From sequence record MN850630.1: a stretch of 64,000 nucleotides of DNA; one strand, 5' to 3'. Within the stretch, counting starts at the first letter, position 1, and the number at the start of each line of letters is the position of its first letter. A program made the position numbers and the translations under genes. Under the pieces are notes generated by a model. The model saw only the letters and a list, made by a program, of their open reading frames with translations, was not told where the DNA came from and did not search any database. The stretch is from Escherichia phage naam. Positions 28,949 through 37,880 of the stretch are shown here, in pieces.

Positions 28949-29992
28949 TTATTTAACGTGTTTGAAAATACCTGCCAACTCGGTCATTGTCATGCGGGTG
29001 GTCTTCATAAGATCTGTCATAGCTTTCTCCATAATTGGAGATACTACCATAAAATTTCCTTTAGTGAAACCTTTATTCCAGTCGGTCACCAACAGTGGTT
29101 TAAGTCCAGCCCCGAGACGTTCACCTGTTAAAGCACAGCATTTGCGAATATACGAACTCTTAAATTGGCTGAACGACAGATCAACTTTCATACCTGCATC
29201 GTAGAACGTTTGACAATAGAAAGTATAAGCCTTAGCAATCTCAACATCATCAGGCAGTGCAGGAACCTCTTCTGCAATCTCCTCTTCGACCTTCTGAGGC
29301 TCTTTTTCCTCTTCAGGAGTCTGTTCTTCAATTTCTTCTGTCACAGTCTCGTTCACGATGTCTGAAATATGTTTGTTGGCTGCACGATCAGCCATGAAAT
29401 TTTTAAAATCCTGCATTGGTGACATATCTTCTTCCTCTTCGTCAAATAGTGCTAGTTTATCTTCTTCTGTCCCGTATTGCAAGATGAAATCTTCAAAAGT
29501 ATAATCACCTTTCAATTTCTCCATACGCTCTTCGCTCAGGTGGAGCATCATCTGCTGGACAATTTTTCGATCGGTTTTGTCTTTAATCAGGATTGCAGTC
29601 TTTTTATCTACCAGACAGTCTTTCAGAGCGTTGCACCTCAACCCTACCACACAACAATTGTCAATTGCGTAAGGACCTTCATCATCTATACGCTCTAAAG
29701 ATGGGTAGAAAGGATTTCCCAGTCCGTTTTCATCTGTGTGCATGTCGAAAGGTATAAGAGTGTAGTCGCATACCCCTTCTCCTAAAAGTTTTTTACCAAA
29801 TAGGAGGTATTCTTCCCACGACAGGTCGAACTCTATATCTCGTTTCCGTGCATTATTCTGTTTGCGTCTATATTTTTTGAGCAGGCGCTCTAACTCTTCT
29901 GGTGTATAATATTTTTCAAGATTCATGAGTTGTCTCTCGTGCTCTGTAAGTGAAGAAATCGTATCAATTGTCTCAACAGATGTCAACATCAA
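28949..29992 (-). CDS. Hypothetical protein with very acidic central linker and possible degenerate HNH-like motif
   Basis: 347 aa; TTG/ATG start at the divergent promoter hub; LERIDDEGPYAIDNCCVVGLRCN; long D/E-rich stretch. Confidence 0.55.
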   Translation of the reverse strand: MMLTSVETIDTISSLTEHERQLMNLEKYYTPEELERLLKKYRRKQNNARKRDIEFDLSWEEYLLFGKKLLGEGVCDYTLIPFDMHTDENGLGNPFYPSLERIDDEGPYAIDNCCVVGLRCNALKDCLVDKKTAILIKDKTDRKIVQQMMLHLSEERMEKLKGDYTFEDFILQYGTEEDKLALFDEEEEDMSPMQDFKNFMADRAANKHISDIVNETVTEEIEEQTPEEEKEPQKVEEEIAEEVPALPDDVEIAKAYTFYCQTFYDAGMKVDLSFSQFKSSYIRKCCALTGERLGAGLKPLLVTDWNKGFTKGNFMVVSPIMEKAMTDLMKTTRMTMTELAGIFKHVK

Positions 29993-29999
29993 AAACGTG

Positions 30000-30028
30000 T
30001 TGACTTTACTCTAAATCTCCGATATAGT
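30000..30028 (+). promoter_or_regulatory. Sigma70-like promoter (TTGACT-17-TATAGT) in the divergent hub
   Basis: -35 at 30000-30005, -10 at 30023-30028; drives the 30069 gene. Confidence 0.6.
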
Positions 30029-30068
30029 GCACCCATTCGAAAGAAAACTAACATAGGAGCACTTACTC

Positions 30069-30968
30069 ATGGCAAATCTTAACAGTTTTAGCACCAGGTG
30101 GCAACAGGATATAACAACCAATCTTTCAGCTGGGGATATCCTTTCTGCAATTTACGAGGCTTTGGATGATAAAGCTACTTCAAGATCGGTTTGTACTAAT
30201 CCGCTAATTCCTATGGTGATGAAGGTAATTGAGCGGAGGTTGGTATCCGGGTCTGATAAGTGGACATACCTTGATAATGGAGGGCATACTTACTCCAACG
30301 GATATGTTGATATAAAAGTAGAATACGCAGTATCATACCGCCGGAGCGGTTCTGTAACTTTCAACTTCTCTGGAGGTTTTCGATCTCTGGCTACTTCACC
30401 TTTTGTTTCCTCAGAGGAGAAGTATGAGCTGCCATTTCTTTGGATGATGGCTAACGCGACAGGAAAAACCCCCGTTAGCATCCGAGTAAAATACAACTAC
30501 AACGGATCTAGTAAGATCTATGCCGAAAGTGTTTCAGCAAGTTTTTATTTTGTGATGGGGGATGGAATCCTCAAACATATAAAGATGTGCGATATGCATG
30601 ATGTTATAAATGAAGTGACTGATAAGAATGTTCTAGTGAAAGACCTCAATAATTTTTATACACCTGGAGACTATTACGTCAACCGTCCACTGTGCATCTT
30701 TAATGCCGCACACCCTTTGGGTGAGTATTTGATCGCTAATAGCGATATTGCCAATAACCGCTTCGAGGTGGCAAGAGTACAGAATGGGGTATTGACATCT
30801 TGCAAGAGCGGTGATAAGTTTACCGAAGAAGAGATGGGTGTTTTAGAGATGATGGGATATAAGTGTAGCCTTTGGGTAGATGAGGTGTTTAATGACGGCA
30901 TCTATGGACAGGATATTTACCCACTAAAGAAGTATACTGATTCCAGTTTAATTTACGCGGAGATTTGA
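30069..30968 (+). CDS. Hypothetical protein
   Basis: 299 aa ORF with RBS aggag; first gene of the long + strand block. Confidence 0.6.
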   Translation: MANLNSFSTRWQQDITTNLSAGDILSAIYEALDDKATSRSVCTNPLIPMVMKVIERRLVSGSDKWTYLDNGGHTYSNGYVDIKVEYAVSYRRSGSVTFNFSGGFRSLATSPFVSSEEKYELPFLWMMANATGKTPVSIRVKYNYNGSSKIYAESVSASFYFVMGDGILKHIKMCDMHDVINEVTDKNVLVKDLNNFYTPGDYYVNRPLCIFNAAHPLGEYLIANSDIANNRFEVARVQNGVLTSCKSGDKFTEEEMGVLEMMGYKCSLWVDEVFNDGIYGQDIYPLKKYTDSSLIYAEI

Positions 30969-31243
30969 CTATGATGAAGGCATGTGGTAGTGTATATTAT
31001 GTGGGTGAAAATATACAGGCAGACAGTGTGTGGAAATCCATTAAATCCACCACCGACGATGCCTTCTTGAGTGGGCTATGTTTCCCCAGTCCAGGTGACA
31101 TTCTCCCTTACCCTGGAGATTTTGTTGTCAATAAGATGGACGGTTACACCGTGTGCCTGATGGTTGAAAAAATCTTTTTAGACACTAGACACAATCACCG
31201 TCTTGTGCTAAAATTCAAAGAATGTAAAATGACAGTTGCCTAA
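30965..31243 (+). CDS. Hypothetical protein
   Basis: 92 aa ORF, start overlaps the upstream stop. Confidence 0.5.
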   Translation: MTMMKACGSVYYVGENIQADSVWKSIKSTTDDAFLSGLCFPSPGDILPYPGDFVVNKMDGYTVCLMVEKIFLDTRHNHRLVLKFKECKMTVA

Positions 31244-31255
31244 GGAGGCCTATCA

Positions 31256-31612
31256 ATGTCTAAAGTTACTTATCGTGCAGCTATTTACTGCAATGAGCAC
31301 CCAATCAATAATGATGGTCACTGCTTTTTTAAAGAAAATCAGTTGGGCTGTATTGCCCTCCCTGATGAAGGGGAAGGTTATATGATTGCATTGACAGGGT
31401 TTGAGCCTGAAGCCTTGGAAGCCAATCTGGACTACCTGGTAGAGAAGGGTGCTGCAGACTTGGTTGCCAATGGCCTCTCCATAAGCCTTGAAGAAGTGGA
31501 GCGCTTCATGGGCAATTACCGTGTAGTGCGTGAGTTTACTATCGAGGTGGAAACTCCAGAGTGGGGTAGCACTGAAACTAATGCTGAAGAAAAAGAAGAG
31601 GGGGTAGAATAA
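31256..31612 (+). CDS. Hypothetical protein
   Basis: 118 aa ORF with RBS aaggagg. Confidence 0.5.
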   Translation: MSKVTYRAAIYCNEHPINNDGHCFFKENQLGCIALPDEGEGYMIALTGFEPEALEANLDYLVEKGAADLVANGLSISLEEVERFMGNYRVVREFTIEVETPEWGSTETNAEEKEEGVE

Positions 31613-31869
31613 TGAAAGTGCAGATCTTGACTAATGCCGAAAAGATGTTTATTGAAGATACACCTTTTGAAGCTGGTGAACTACAGTTCGTTTATTTTGT
31701 TGACTTAGATAAGGTGTTTCCTGCACTGAATATGGGGCTGGATGAAGTTCCTCATAAAGTTTTGCGCCAAGTTGTTCGCGCCTTGGCTGCTGACGGGGAG
31801 TTTCACACCCTTGAAGATATCCAGACCTATGGGTATCTTGAGCTGCAACGGGAAGAAGAGGTAGACTGA
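31612..31869 (+). CDS. Hypothetical protein
   Basis: 85 aa ORF, translationally coupled. Confidence 0.5.
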   Translation: MKVQILTNAEKMFIEDTPFEAGELQFVYFVDLDKVFPALNMGLDEVPHKVLRQVVRALAADGEFHTLEDIQTYGYLELQREEEVD

Positions 31870-31871
31870 TA

Positions 31872-32252
31872 ATGGCACAGTGGAAGACAACAGTTGATCT
31901 CCATGAACAGTGGCTAGGACGCATCGATGAAGACGGGAAACTGGTAGATTGGGACAACAAGCATGTTAGCGAGCTGGCAAGTATCGTAGCTGACAAGTTA
32001 CGTGCCAAGTTTTCTGAGCGGCTGGATCCTGATAATTTAAAGTTCGACCCTGAATTGGAGGATGTTGTATACTACTTCGACACTGTGGATGACTACGATT
32101 CGTGGTTTGCAGCAATGAATCATTTCCCTCAAGGTTCTGGTATGCGCCGAATGGAAGAAGATTATCCTCCGTGTGAGCAATTCAATAGCGCAATGACTTG
32201 CCTCTATGATTGGGCAGATAAGAACCTTGTCTGGATTCGAACTGCATTCTAG
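31872..32252 (+). CDS. Hypothetical protein
   Basis: 126 aa ORF. Confidence 0.5.
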   Translation: MAQWKTTVDLHEQWLGRIDEDGKLVDWDNKHVSELASIVADKLRAKFSERLDPDNLKFDPELEDVVYYFDTVDDYDSWFAAMNHFPQGSGMRRMEEDYPPCEQFNSAMTCLYDWADKNLVWIRTAF

Positions 32253-32255
32253 CAG

Positions 32256-32561
32256 GTGGGGGCAGGGATGCCGCTTAGAAGAGTAATAAACATGTTATAC
32301 CAGAAACACGAACTTTGTGCAGAAAAAGAGTTAAATTTTGACAAAGTTATCCACAAATATTGTTACGGGAAAACCGGAAGATACCTAAAAAGGTGCACTC
32401 CAGCATTCTTTCACCCCAGCAGGCGACTAAGCCCTGAAGAAGCAACAGCAGAAAGGGTTGCATACAACTGGGAAGTTGTGTACGATATTGACAGATCCGA
32501 TGTGACATCTGTTTTGGAAAACTTTGAAAACACTTACACACAAGTAGAGGACTTTTACTAA
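32256..32561 (+). CDS. Hypothetical protein
   Basis: 101 aa ORF. Confidence 0.5.
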   Translation: MGAGMPLRRVINMLYQKHELCAEKELNFDKVIHKYCYGKTGRYLKRCTPAFFHPSRRLSPEEATAERVAYNWEVVYDIDRSDVTSVLENFENTYTQVEDFY

Positions 32562-33745
32562 TGTCAAGAAACGTATTTGAAAGTGGTCAAATCACTGTCC
32601 GTGAGTTGCCAGCCATCATTCAGTTTGCCCAGCGTCATAACCGATCTGTCCTGATTTTAGGACCAATGGGCGTGGGGAAGAGCCAGGTGATGAAGCAGAT
32701 CGCTAATAATATGTTCGGTGAGCGAGATGACAACCTGGTTGACGTGCGGCTGTCAGATAAAGATCCTGCCGACTTATCTGGGCTACCTATCCCTGTAGAA
32801 GCGGATGGAACTACACGTACAGTGTTTGCAATTCCAGAATTTTGGCCTGCAGATCCGGACTGGAGCGGAATTATCTTTCTGGATGAGCTCACTCATGCAG
32901 ATAATTACCTGCAAAAGGTTGCAATGCAAATTATGCTCGACCACAAGTGCGGCACCTATGCATTCCCCAAGGGCTCTGTTTTTGTAGCTGCAGGTAACCG
33001 TTCTACAGATGGTGCGGTTCTCTCGGCGCTCGAAGCTCCTCTGGCTAACCGCTTTATCATTGTAGAGGTTACAAGCAATGCAGAGGTGTTTATTGAGGAC
33101 TACGCATTCCTCAACGGGGTGCACTCATCTGTAATTGGGTATCTGAAAAGAGTTCCATCAGCTATCGATAATTATGAGGCTATGGCTGAGATTAATTGTC
33201 CATCTTTTGCCACACCGCGATCTTGGGTTGCTGCATCTGACATCTTGCACGATTTTGACAGCGGTATTATTTCTGACGCTATGGCCCGTGTTCTTCTGCA
33301 AGGTGCTATTGGTCACACTGCAGCGGTAGAGATCTGGACTTACCACACTAAGAAACGCAACTTACCGGAAATCGGTCGGATTATGGCAGGGGGTTGCAAA
33401 GAATACGTAGGTCCTAAACAGCCAGACATCTTGTGGATTCTTGGGTCTGAAGGTTGTATCGCTATTCGTAATATGATGGAAAATGCAAGTATCTCTGACG
33501 AAGATCTTGTTAGCTGTGTGGCAAACTTCCTCGATTTCCTTTGGGAAAATTTCAAGGACGAGAACCGAGATTTTGTATTCTCAGTCTTTATGGCAATGAT
33601 GAAGCCTAATGCCTTAGGAAATGCCTTACTTATCGGTAAAGGGCGTGACAAGATTGTTGCTCAGCTGATCAAAGCATACCCAAACCTGATGAAGATTGTA
33701 AAAGAGTTTGGTGAAGAGTTTAGCGCCATTTTAGCTAAAGCTTGA
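32561..33745 (+). CDS. AAA+ ATPase, MoxR/CobS-like (AAA_5 type)
   Basis: Walker A GPMGVGKS, Walker B IIFLDEL, sensor-1-like AAGNR. Confidence 0.7.
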   Translation: MSRNVFESGQITVRELPAIIQFAQRHNRSVLILGPMGVGKSQVMKQIANNMFGERDDNLVDVRLSDKDPADLSGLPIPVEADGTTRTVFAIPEFWPADPDWSGIIFLDELTHADNYLQKVAMQIMLDHKCGTYAFPKGSVFVAAGNRSTDGAVLSALEAPLANRFIIVEVTSNAEVFIEDYAFLNGVHSSVIGYLKRVPSAIDNYEAMAEINCPSFATPRSWVAASDILHDFDSGIISDAMARVLLQGAIGHTAAVEIWTYHTKKRNLPEIGRIMAGGCKEYVGPKQPDILWILGSEGCIAIRNMMENASISDEDLVSCVANFLDFLWENFKDENRDFVFSVFMAMMKPNALGNALLIGKGRDKIVAQLIKAYPNLMKIVKEFGEEFSAILAKA

Positions 33746-33754
33746 GGAGGTTGT

Positions 33755-34135
33755 ATGGCTAAAGTAGGTAAGCGGGGAAACTACCTAGTGGTATTGACCG
33801 AGGAGCCGGAGAAGGAGTACGAATGCAGCTCCACTTGCGTGATCGATATCCGAGAAAAAGATGTAGATGAAATCTGGTTTGAAATACTAGACGCTTGCGA
33901 CAGCAGTGATTATTTCTTCATCTATGTCAACGATAAGGCTGGGTTCTTCCATGACGACGGAGAGTTGCCGTATGAAATCTATGAACTTGTAGAGGCTTGC
34001 CATCGTGGAGATGCGGAGTTGTTTGGCCTACGGCTGAAAAGCGGTAAATTCTTCTATCAAGATGAGTGCATGAATCTTCATAACTTTGTAGAGGGAACTT
34101 GCAACGATGGAGAGATTTTGGCACACTACGATTAA
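33755..34135 (+). CDS. Hypothetical protein
   Basis: 126 aa ORF with RBS gaggagg, followed by a terminator. Confidence 0.5.
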   Translation: MAKVGKRGNYLVVLTEEPEKEYECSSTCVIDIREKDVDEIWFEILDACDSSDYFFIYVNDKAGFFHDDGELPYEIYELVEACHRGDAELFGLRLKSGKFFYQDECMNLHNFVEGTCNDGEILAHYD

Positions 34136-34147
34136 TTTCTAAGACCT

Positions 34148-34175
34148 CCCCCGCTTCGGCGGGGATTTTCTATTT
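34148..34175 (+). terminator. Rho-independent terminator, UUCG-tetraloop family
   Basis: cccccgc-ttcg-gcgggg followed by attttctattt. Confidence 0.75.
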
Positions 34176-34184
34176 GGAGTCATT

Positions 34185-34685
34185 GTGAAAATTAAGATCT
34201 TTGCTATTATTTTGAGCGCACTTTTATCGCTGCCTGTTGTTGCAGCACCAAAACAAAAAGTATATCATACTTGCAAGCCATCAGATACTAAGGAAAACAT
34301 TCTGGCATGCAATATCTACAGGGAAGCTAGAGGAGATGGCACGATGGGTATGCTGGCATCTGGGTTTGCCACACTAAACAGGAAATCCCACCCTAAATAC
34401 CCAGACACTATAAGAAAGATTGTCTACCAACCTAACCAGTTTTCGTGGACAAACCACGGCAAAACTTTTAAGGTGACAGAAAAAGATTCATGGGATCACG
34501 CTAAAAGTCTTGCAAAGATGCTTCTAAAGGTCTATAATAACAACCATGTTGCATACATGGCTATGGACATAACAGGTGGAGCAACACACTACCATACAAC
34601 CAAAGTACGACCGAAATGGGCAAAAAAGATGCAGAGGACAGCTCAATTCGGGAGCCATATCTACTACAAGGAGCGCAATAAATGA
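34185..34685 (+). CDS. Secreted cell-wall hydrolase, SleB/CwlJ-like (candidate endolysin)
   Basis: GTG start; N-terminal signal-peptide-like segment KIKIFAIILSALLSLPVVAAP; motifs NIYREARGDG, LNRKSHPKYPDTI and QPNQFSW typical of the SleB family. Confidence 0.65.
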   Translation: MKIKIFAIILSALLSLPVVAAPKQKVYHTCKPSDTKENILACNIYREARGDGTMGMLASGFATLNRKSHPKYPDTIRKIVYQPNQFSWTNHGKTFKVTEKDSWDHAKSLAKMLLKVYNNNHVAYMAMDITGGATHYHTTKVRPKWAKKMQRTAQFGSHIYYKERNK

Positions 34686-36664
34686 TCGTAAACAGTAATG
34701 AAACTAAAGCGGTACTAACCGGTAATATGGAGGTCACCAGGGGCTCAATTTCTCTGAACAAAGAGACTTTTGGGCTAATCATTAAAGGGATTTACGAAGA
34801 TAAGGTGCTGGCAAGCTGCCGTGAACCAATCTTCAATGCCGTGGACTCCCATGTTGAGTCTGGACGGGGTGATGTACCGATCATTATTCACTCTCCTACA
34901 GACCTTGAACCATACTTCTTTGTGCAGGACGTCGGATTGGGCATGTCAGAAGAGATGGTCCGCAACACTTTCATGAACCTCGGGGAGTCAACCAAGCGCA
35001 ACAGCAACGCTCTGGTAGGTAATAAAGGTGTTGGTTCAAAGGCTCCGTTCAGCATGGTGGACACTTTCGATGTTATCAGTGTGCACAATGGTGTTGAAAG
35101 CACATATCTATTGTTCTTGGATCAGGGTATCCCAAACGTTACCAAGATCCGTGAGCGGAAGACTGAAGAGCACAACGGGGTAAAAGTTCAGTTCCATGTT
35201 AAGAAAGAGCATGTCCTGAAATATCGCACTGCTATTGCATCGTGCTTACGCTATGCGAAGTTTCCGTTCATCGTCACCGATCCTATGACCAGTAAGATGT
35301 TAGAAGGTGACAAGGTTGAGGCACAGTATCATTACGAGAAGGATGGCTGGAAAATGACCATCCTGAAAGGTTATACCAGTTCTGATGAGAGCCGTGTTGT
35401 GATGGGTCACCAACCTTACCGCTCTAAGTTTCTGGAAACATTGACAGACTACCCTGCAATCTGCGTGGAAATTCCTATTGGGGATTGCAATATTAACCCT
35501 GGGCGTGAATGGACCATAGAGGGCCATGACGACGGTGGATTCCAGGATCGCCTGGAGGCATTTGTTAAAGAAGGTATACGTCTTCGCGGGGCAGAAGTTG
35601 TTGCAGAACTGGAGACGGCAAAAACCTCCGCAGAAGCACGTGAAATGATGAAGAATAGTGGAGTGTTCGGACACATCTTCGGCAAGAACTTTATGTGGAA
35701 CCGTTGGGAAGAAACAGGGCTTGGCGACTTAGGCGATTGTGAAATTTTCGCTGGCGGCTTAAATAAAGGCCGCATAGGCTATGCTCGTTACGGAAAGTCG
35801 GAGTTCTTACGAGGTGTATACCTTGTATTTAACGACGGAGACGGCAAATATAACCGGAATAAGTGTAACTACTTAAGCGAGATCACCGGACGCAACGTTT
35901 TCTATTGCCGGAACACGGATCTGGTGAAAGAGTTTAAAGAGGCGGCACACCATCCGTTCTTTGCAGATACGGTCAAATTGTTATCGGAGCTTCCACGCCG
36001 ACCTGCGAAGAAAGGTGAAACCAAAACTCGTTACGAGCCAGGCTACTGGGTTAAGAAGCTTAGAGAGGATGGCTACTTCCATCGTGAGCGCCTCACGAAG
36101 GCAGAGTTCAAGAAGATTAAGCATTGCATCCCTTATGAGGGGGATATCCAACGGGGAAGCTGCTGGCTGGGCCAGATGAGTAACATCTACCAGCAAAATT
36201 ATGACCGTGTGCGTGCTGCACTCCAGATTCCTGAAGGTGAAGATCTGTACCTGGTATCAGAATCTCGTCTGCTTTGGACTGATCCTGATTGCCAGTATGT
36301 TACAGAGAAGAATGTGGAACATTTGTTGAAAGAGGATGCTTGGAAATTCTTACTGACTCGCGCAGCAAATGAAACTTCATATGACAGCCTATATAGACAA
36401 TTAGGGAAAATTATCCCCATGCAGGATTTTGGAAATTATCGGCCACATTTCCACAAGTGGGAAGGTAACACCGCGTGGAAGCACAGTGAGCTAAATCATC
36501 GTGCCAAAATCTTAATCGCCAACCGGGTTAAGTGCGGGAAGGCCTATATTGCAAGATTGGAAAAGAAATATCCACTTTTGAAGCATGTGGGCTTGAAATA
36601 TTGGGACACTCCTGCTATGATTGAATACCGTGAACTGATCGATACAAAGAATAACATCAAATAA
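34682..36664 (+). CDS. GHKL/HATPase_c-type ATPase domain protein (rIIA-like, tentative)
   Basis: Bergerat-fold-like motifs VQDVGLGM and GNKGVGSKAPF in the N-terminal region; 660 aa. Confidence 0.45.
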   Translation: MIVNSNETKAVLTGNMEVTRGSISLNKETFGLIIKGIYEDKVLASCREPIFNAVDSHVESGRGDVPIIIHSPTDLEPYFFVQDVGLGMSEEMVRNTFMNLGESTKRNSNALVGNKGVGSKAPFSMVDTFDVISVHNGVESTYLLFLDQGIPNVTKIRERKTEEHNGVKVQFHVKKEHVLKYRTAIASCLRYAKFPFIVTDPMTSKMLEGDKVEAQYHYEKDGWKMTILKGYTSSDESRVVMGHQPYRSKFLETLTDYPAICVEIPIGDCNINPGREWTIEGHDDGGFQDRLEAFVKEGIRLRGAEVVAELETAKTSAEAREMMKNSGVFGHIFGKNFMWNRWEETGLGDLGDCEIFAGGLNKGRIGYARYGKSEFLRGVYLVFNDGDGKYNRNKCNYLSEITGRNVFYCRNTDLVKEFKEAAHHPFFADTVKLLSELPRRPAKKGETKTRYEPGYWVKKLREDGYFHRERLTKAEFKKIKHCIPYEGDIQRGSCWLGQMSNIYQQNYDRVRAALQIPEGEDLYLVSESRLLWTDPDCQYVTEKNVEHLLKEDAWKFLLTRAANETSYDSLYRQLGKIIPMQDFGNYRPHFHKWEGNTAWKHSELNHRAKILIANRVKCGKAYIARLEKKYPLLKHVGLKYWDTPAMIEYRELIDTKNNIK

Positions 36665-36674
36665 GGAGACCAAG

Positions 36675-37880
36675 ATGATTTTCATCTACGAACATTTCAA
36701 AACCCGTAAAGAAGCACGAGACCGCCGTGCAGAACTTGAGAAGAAGGGTTTCACATGTGCCATTGAGAAAGGCGACACAACCTGGACACTGGCAGTTGGT
36801 GCCCCAGAGTTGTTCGATCCTGACCGTGACAGCGTCTGCTACACCCGTGAGGATTTTGAAACCCGCGAAGAGGCCCGTTTATTTCGATACGGTCTGGAAG
36901 ATAACGGTAAGTACGCTATGATCTTAGATTTAGGCGAAGGTTCCGTTAAACGTTGGGGCGTGGTATACCCACTGTGTGTTGTTCACGGTGTGGGGTTCAC
37001 TGGGGTAGCAATCAAGTCAGAAGAACCTTTAGTAGAAGTCAAAGATCCGGTGCTGGAGGTGGTGAGCAGTGTGTCTCAGCAACAGACTCGAAGCATCGAG
37101 CCTTTGGTAGTTATTTGTGGGGAACTCCTCCAGATCACCTGCAACGAAGGCATTTTTGAAATTCGCCGCAGCGAAAGTGAGGAAGTTTACCAGAAAGTCT
37201 TCGACCATATCTCTGTTCAGGAATATGATGAGGCAATTGGTGAAATCCTTGTCTGGCTGGAACGCAAGAATGAGTTCACCACACTTGCAGACAACCTGAT
37301 CATGAAAGATGGTAAGCTCTACTACTACGGTGTAGAGATGCGATCCACCATTGCAAAGAAAATTGAGAAAGATTATGCAGACGGAACGCTGGATGACCGC
37401 TATGTGAAATTCCTCGTTCGCCTGCTACGCAATCCTTCTGCAAAATCTGTAAACATGCTCTACGATTTTATGCAGGCCAACGATATCCAGATTGCCGAAG
37501 ATGGTCGAATCATTTGCTACAAAGGGGTTCAGTTTAACGGCAGCAAGTGGGTGGATTGGCACAGTGGTAAAGTTCCACAATACCAGGGTGCTTTTGTATC
37601 CATGCCTCGTAACTTTGTAGAGGATGATCCGGAAGCTGCGTGCTCCTATGGCTTACACTGCGCCAGCAAAGAGTATGCAAAGAGCTACGGCACTGTAATG
37701 ACTGTTATGGTTGATCCTGCAGATGTGGTTAGTGTGCCATACCAACACAATAGCGCTAAGTGCCGTGCATGCCGCTATGAGATTGTGGTAGCTCCGGAAG
37801 CACGCAAAGATGGAGACCCTATTGAATATGTAGTTGATCGTGACGGTAACACTATCGACATTCTTTACGAGGAGGCGTAA
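36675..37880 (+). CDS. Hypothetical protein with tandem N-terminal repeat (possible rIIB-like partner)
   Basis: 401 aa; segments HFKTRKEARDRRAELEKKGFTCAI and DFETREEARLFRYGLEDNGKYAMI form an internal duplication. Confidence 0.45.
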   Translation: MIFIYEHFKTRKEARDRRAELEKKGFTCAIEKGDTTWTLAVGAPELFDPDRDSVCYTREDFETREEARLFRYGLEDNGKYAMILDLGEGSVKRWGVVYPLCVVHGVGFTGVAIKSEEPLVEVKDPVLEVVSSVSQQQTRSIEPLVVICGELLQITCNEGIFEIRRSESEEVYQKVFDHISVQEYDEAIGEILVWLERKNEFTTLADNLIMKDGKLYYYGVEMRSTIAKKIEKDYADGTLDDRYVKFLVRLLRNPSAKSVNMLYDFMQANDIQIAEDGRIICYKGVQFNGSKWVDWHSGKVPQYQGAFVSMPRNFVEDDPEAACSYGLHCASKEYAKSYGTVMTVMVDPADVVSVPYQHNSAKCRACRYEIVVAPEARKDGDPIEYVVDRDGNTIDILYEEA

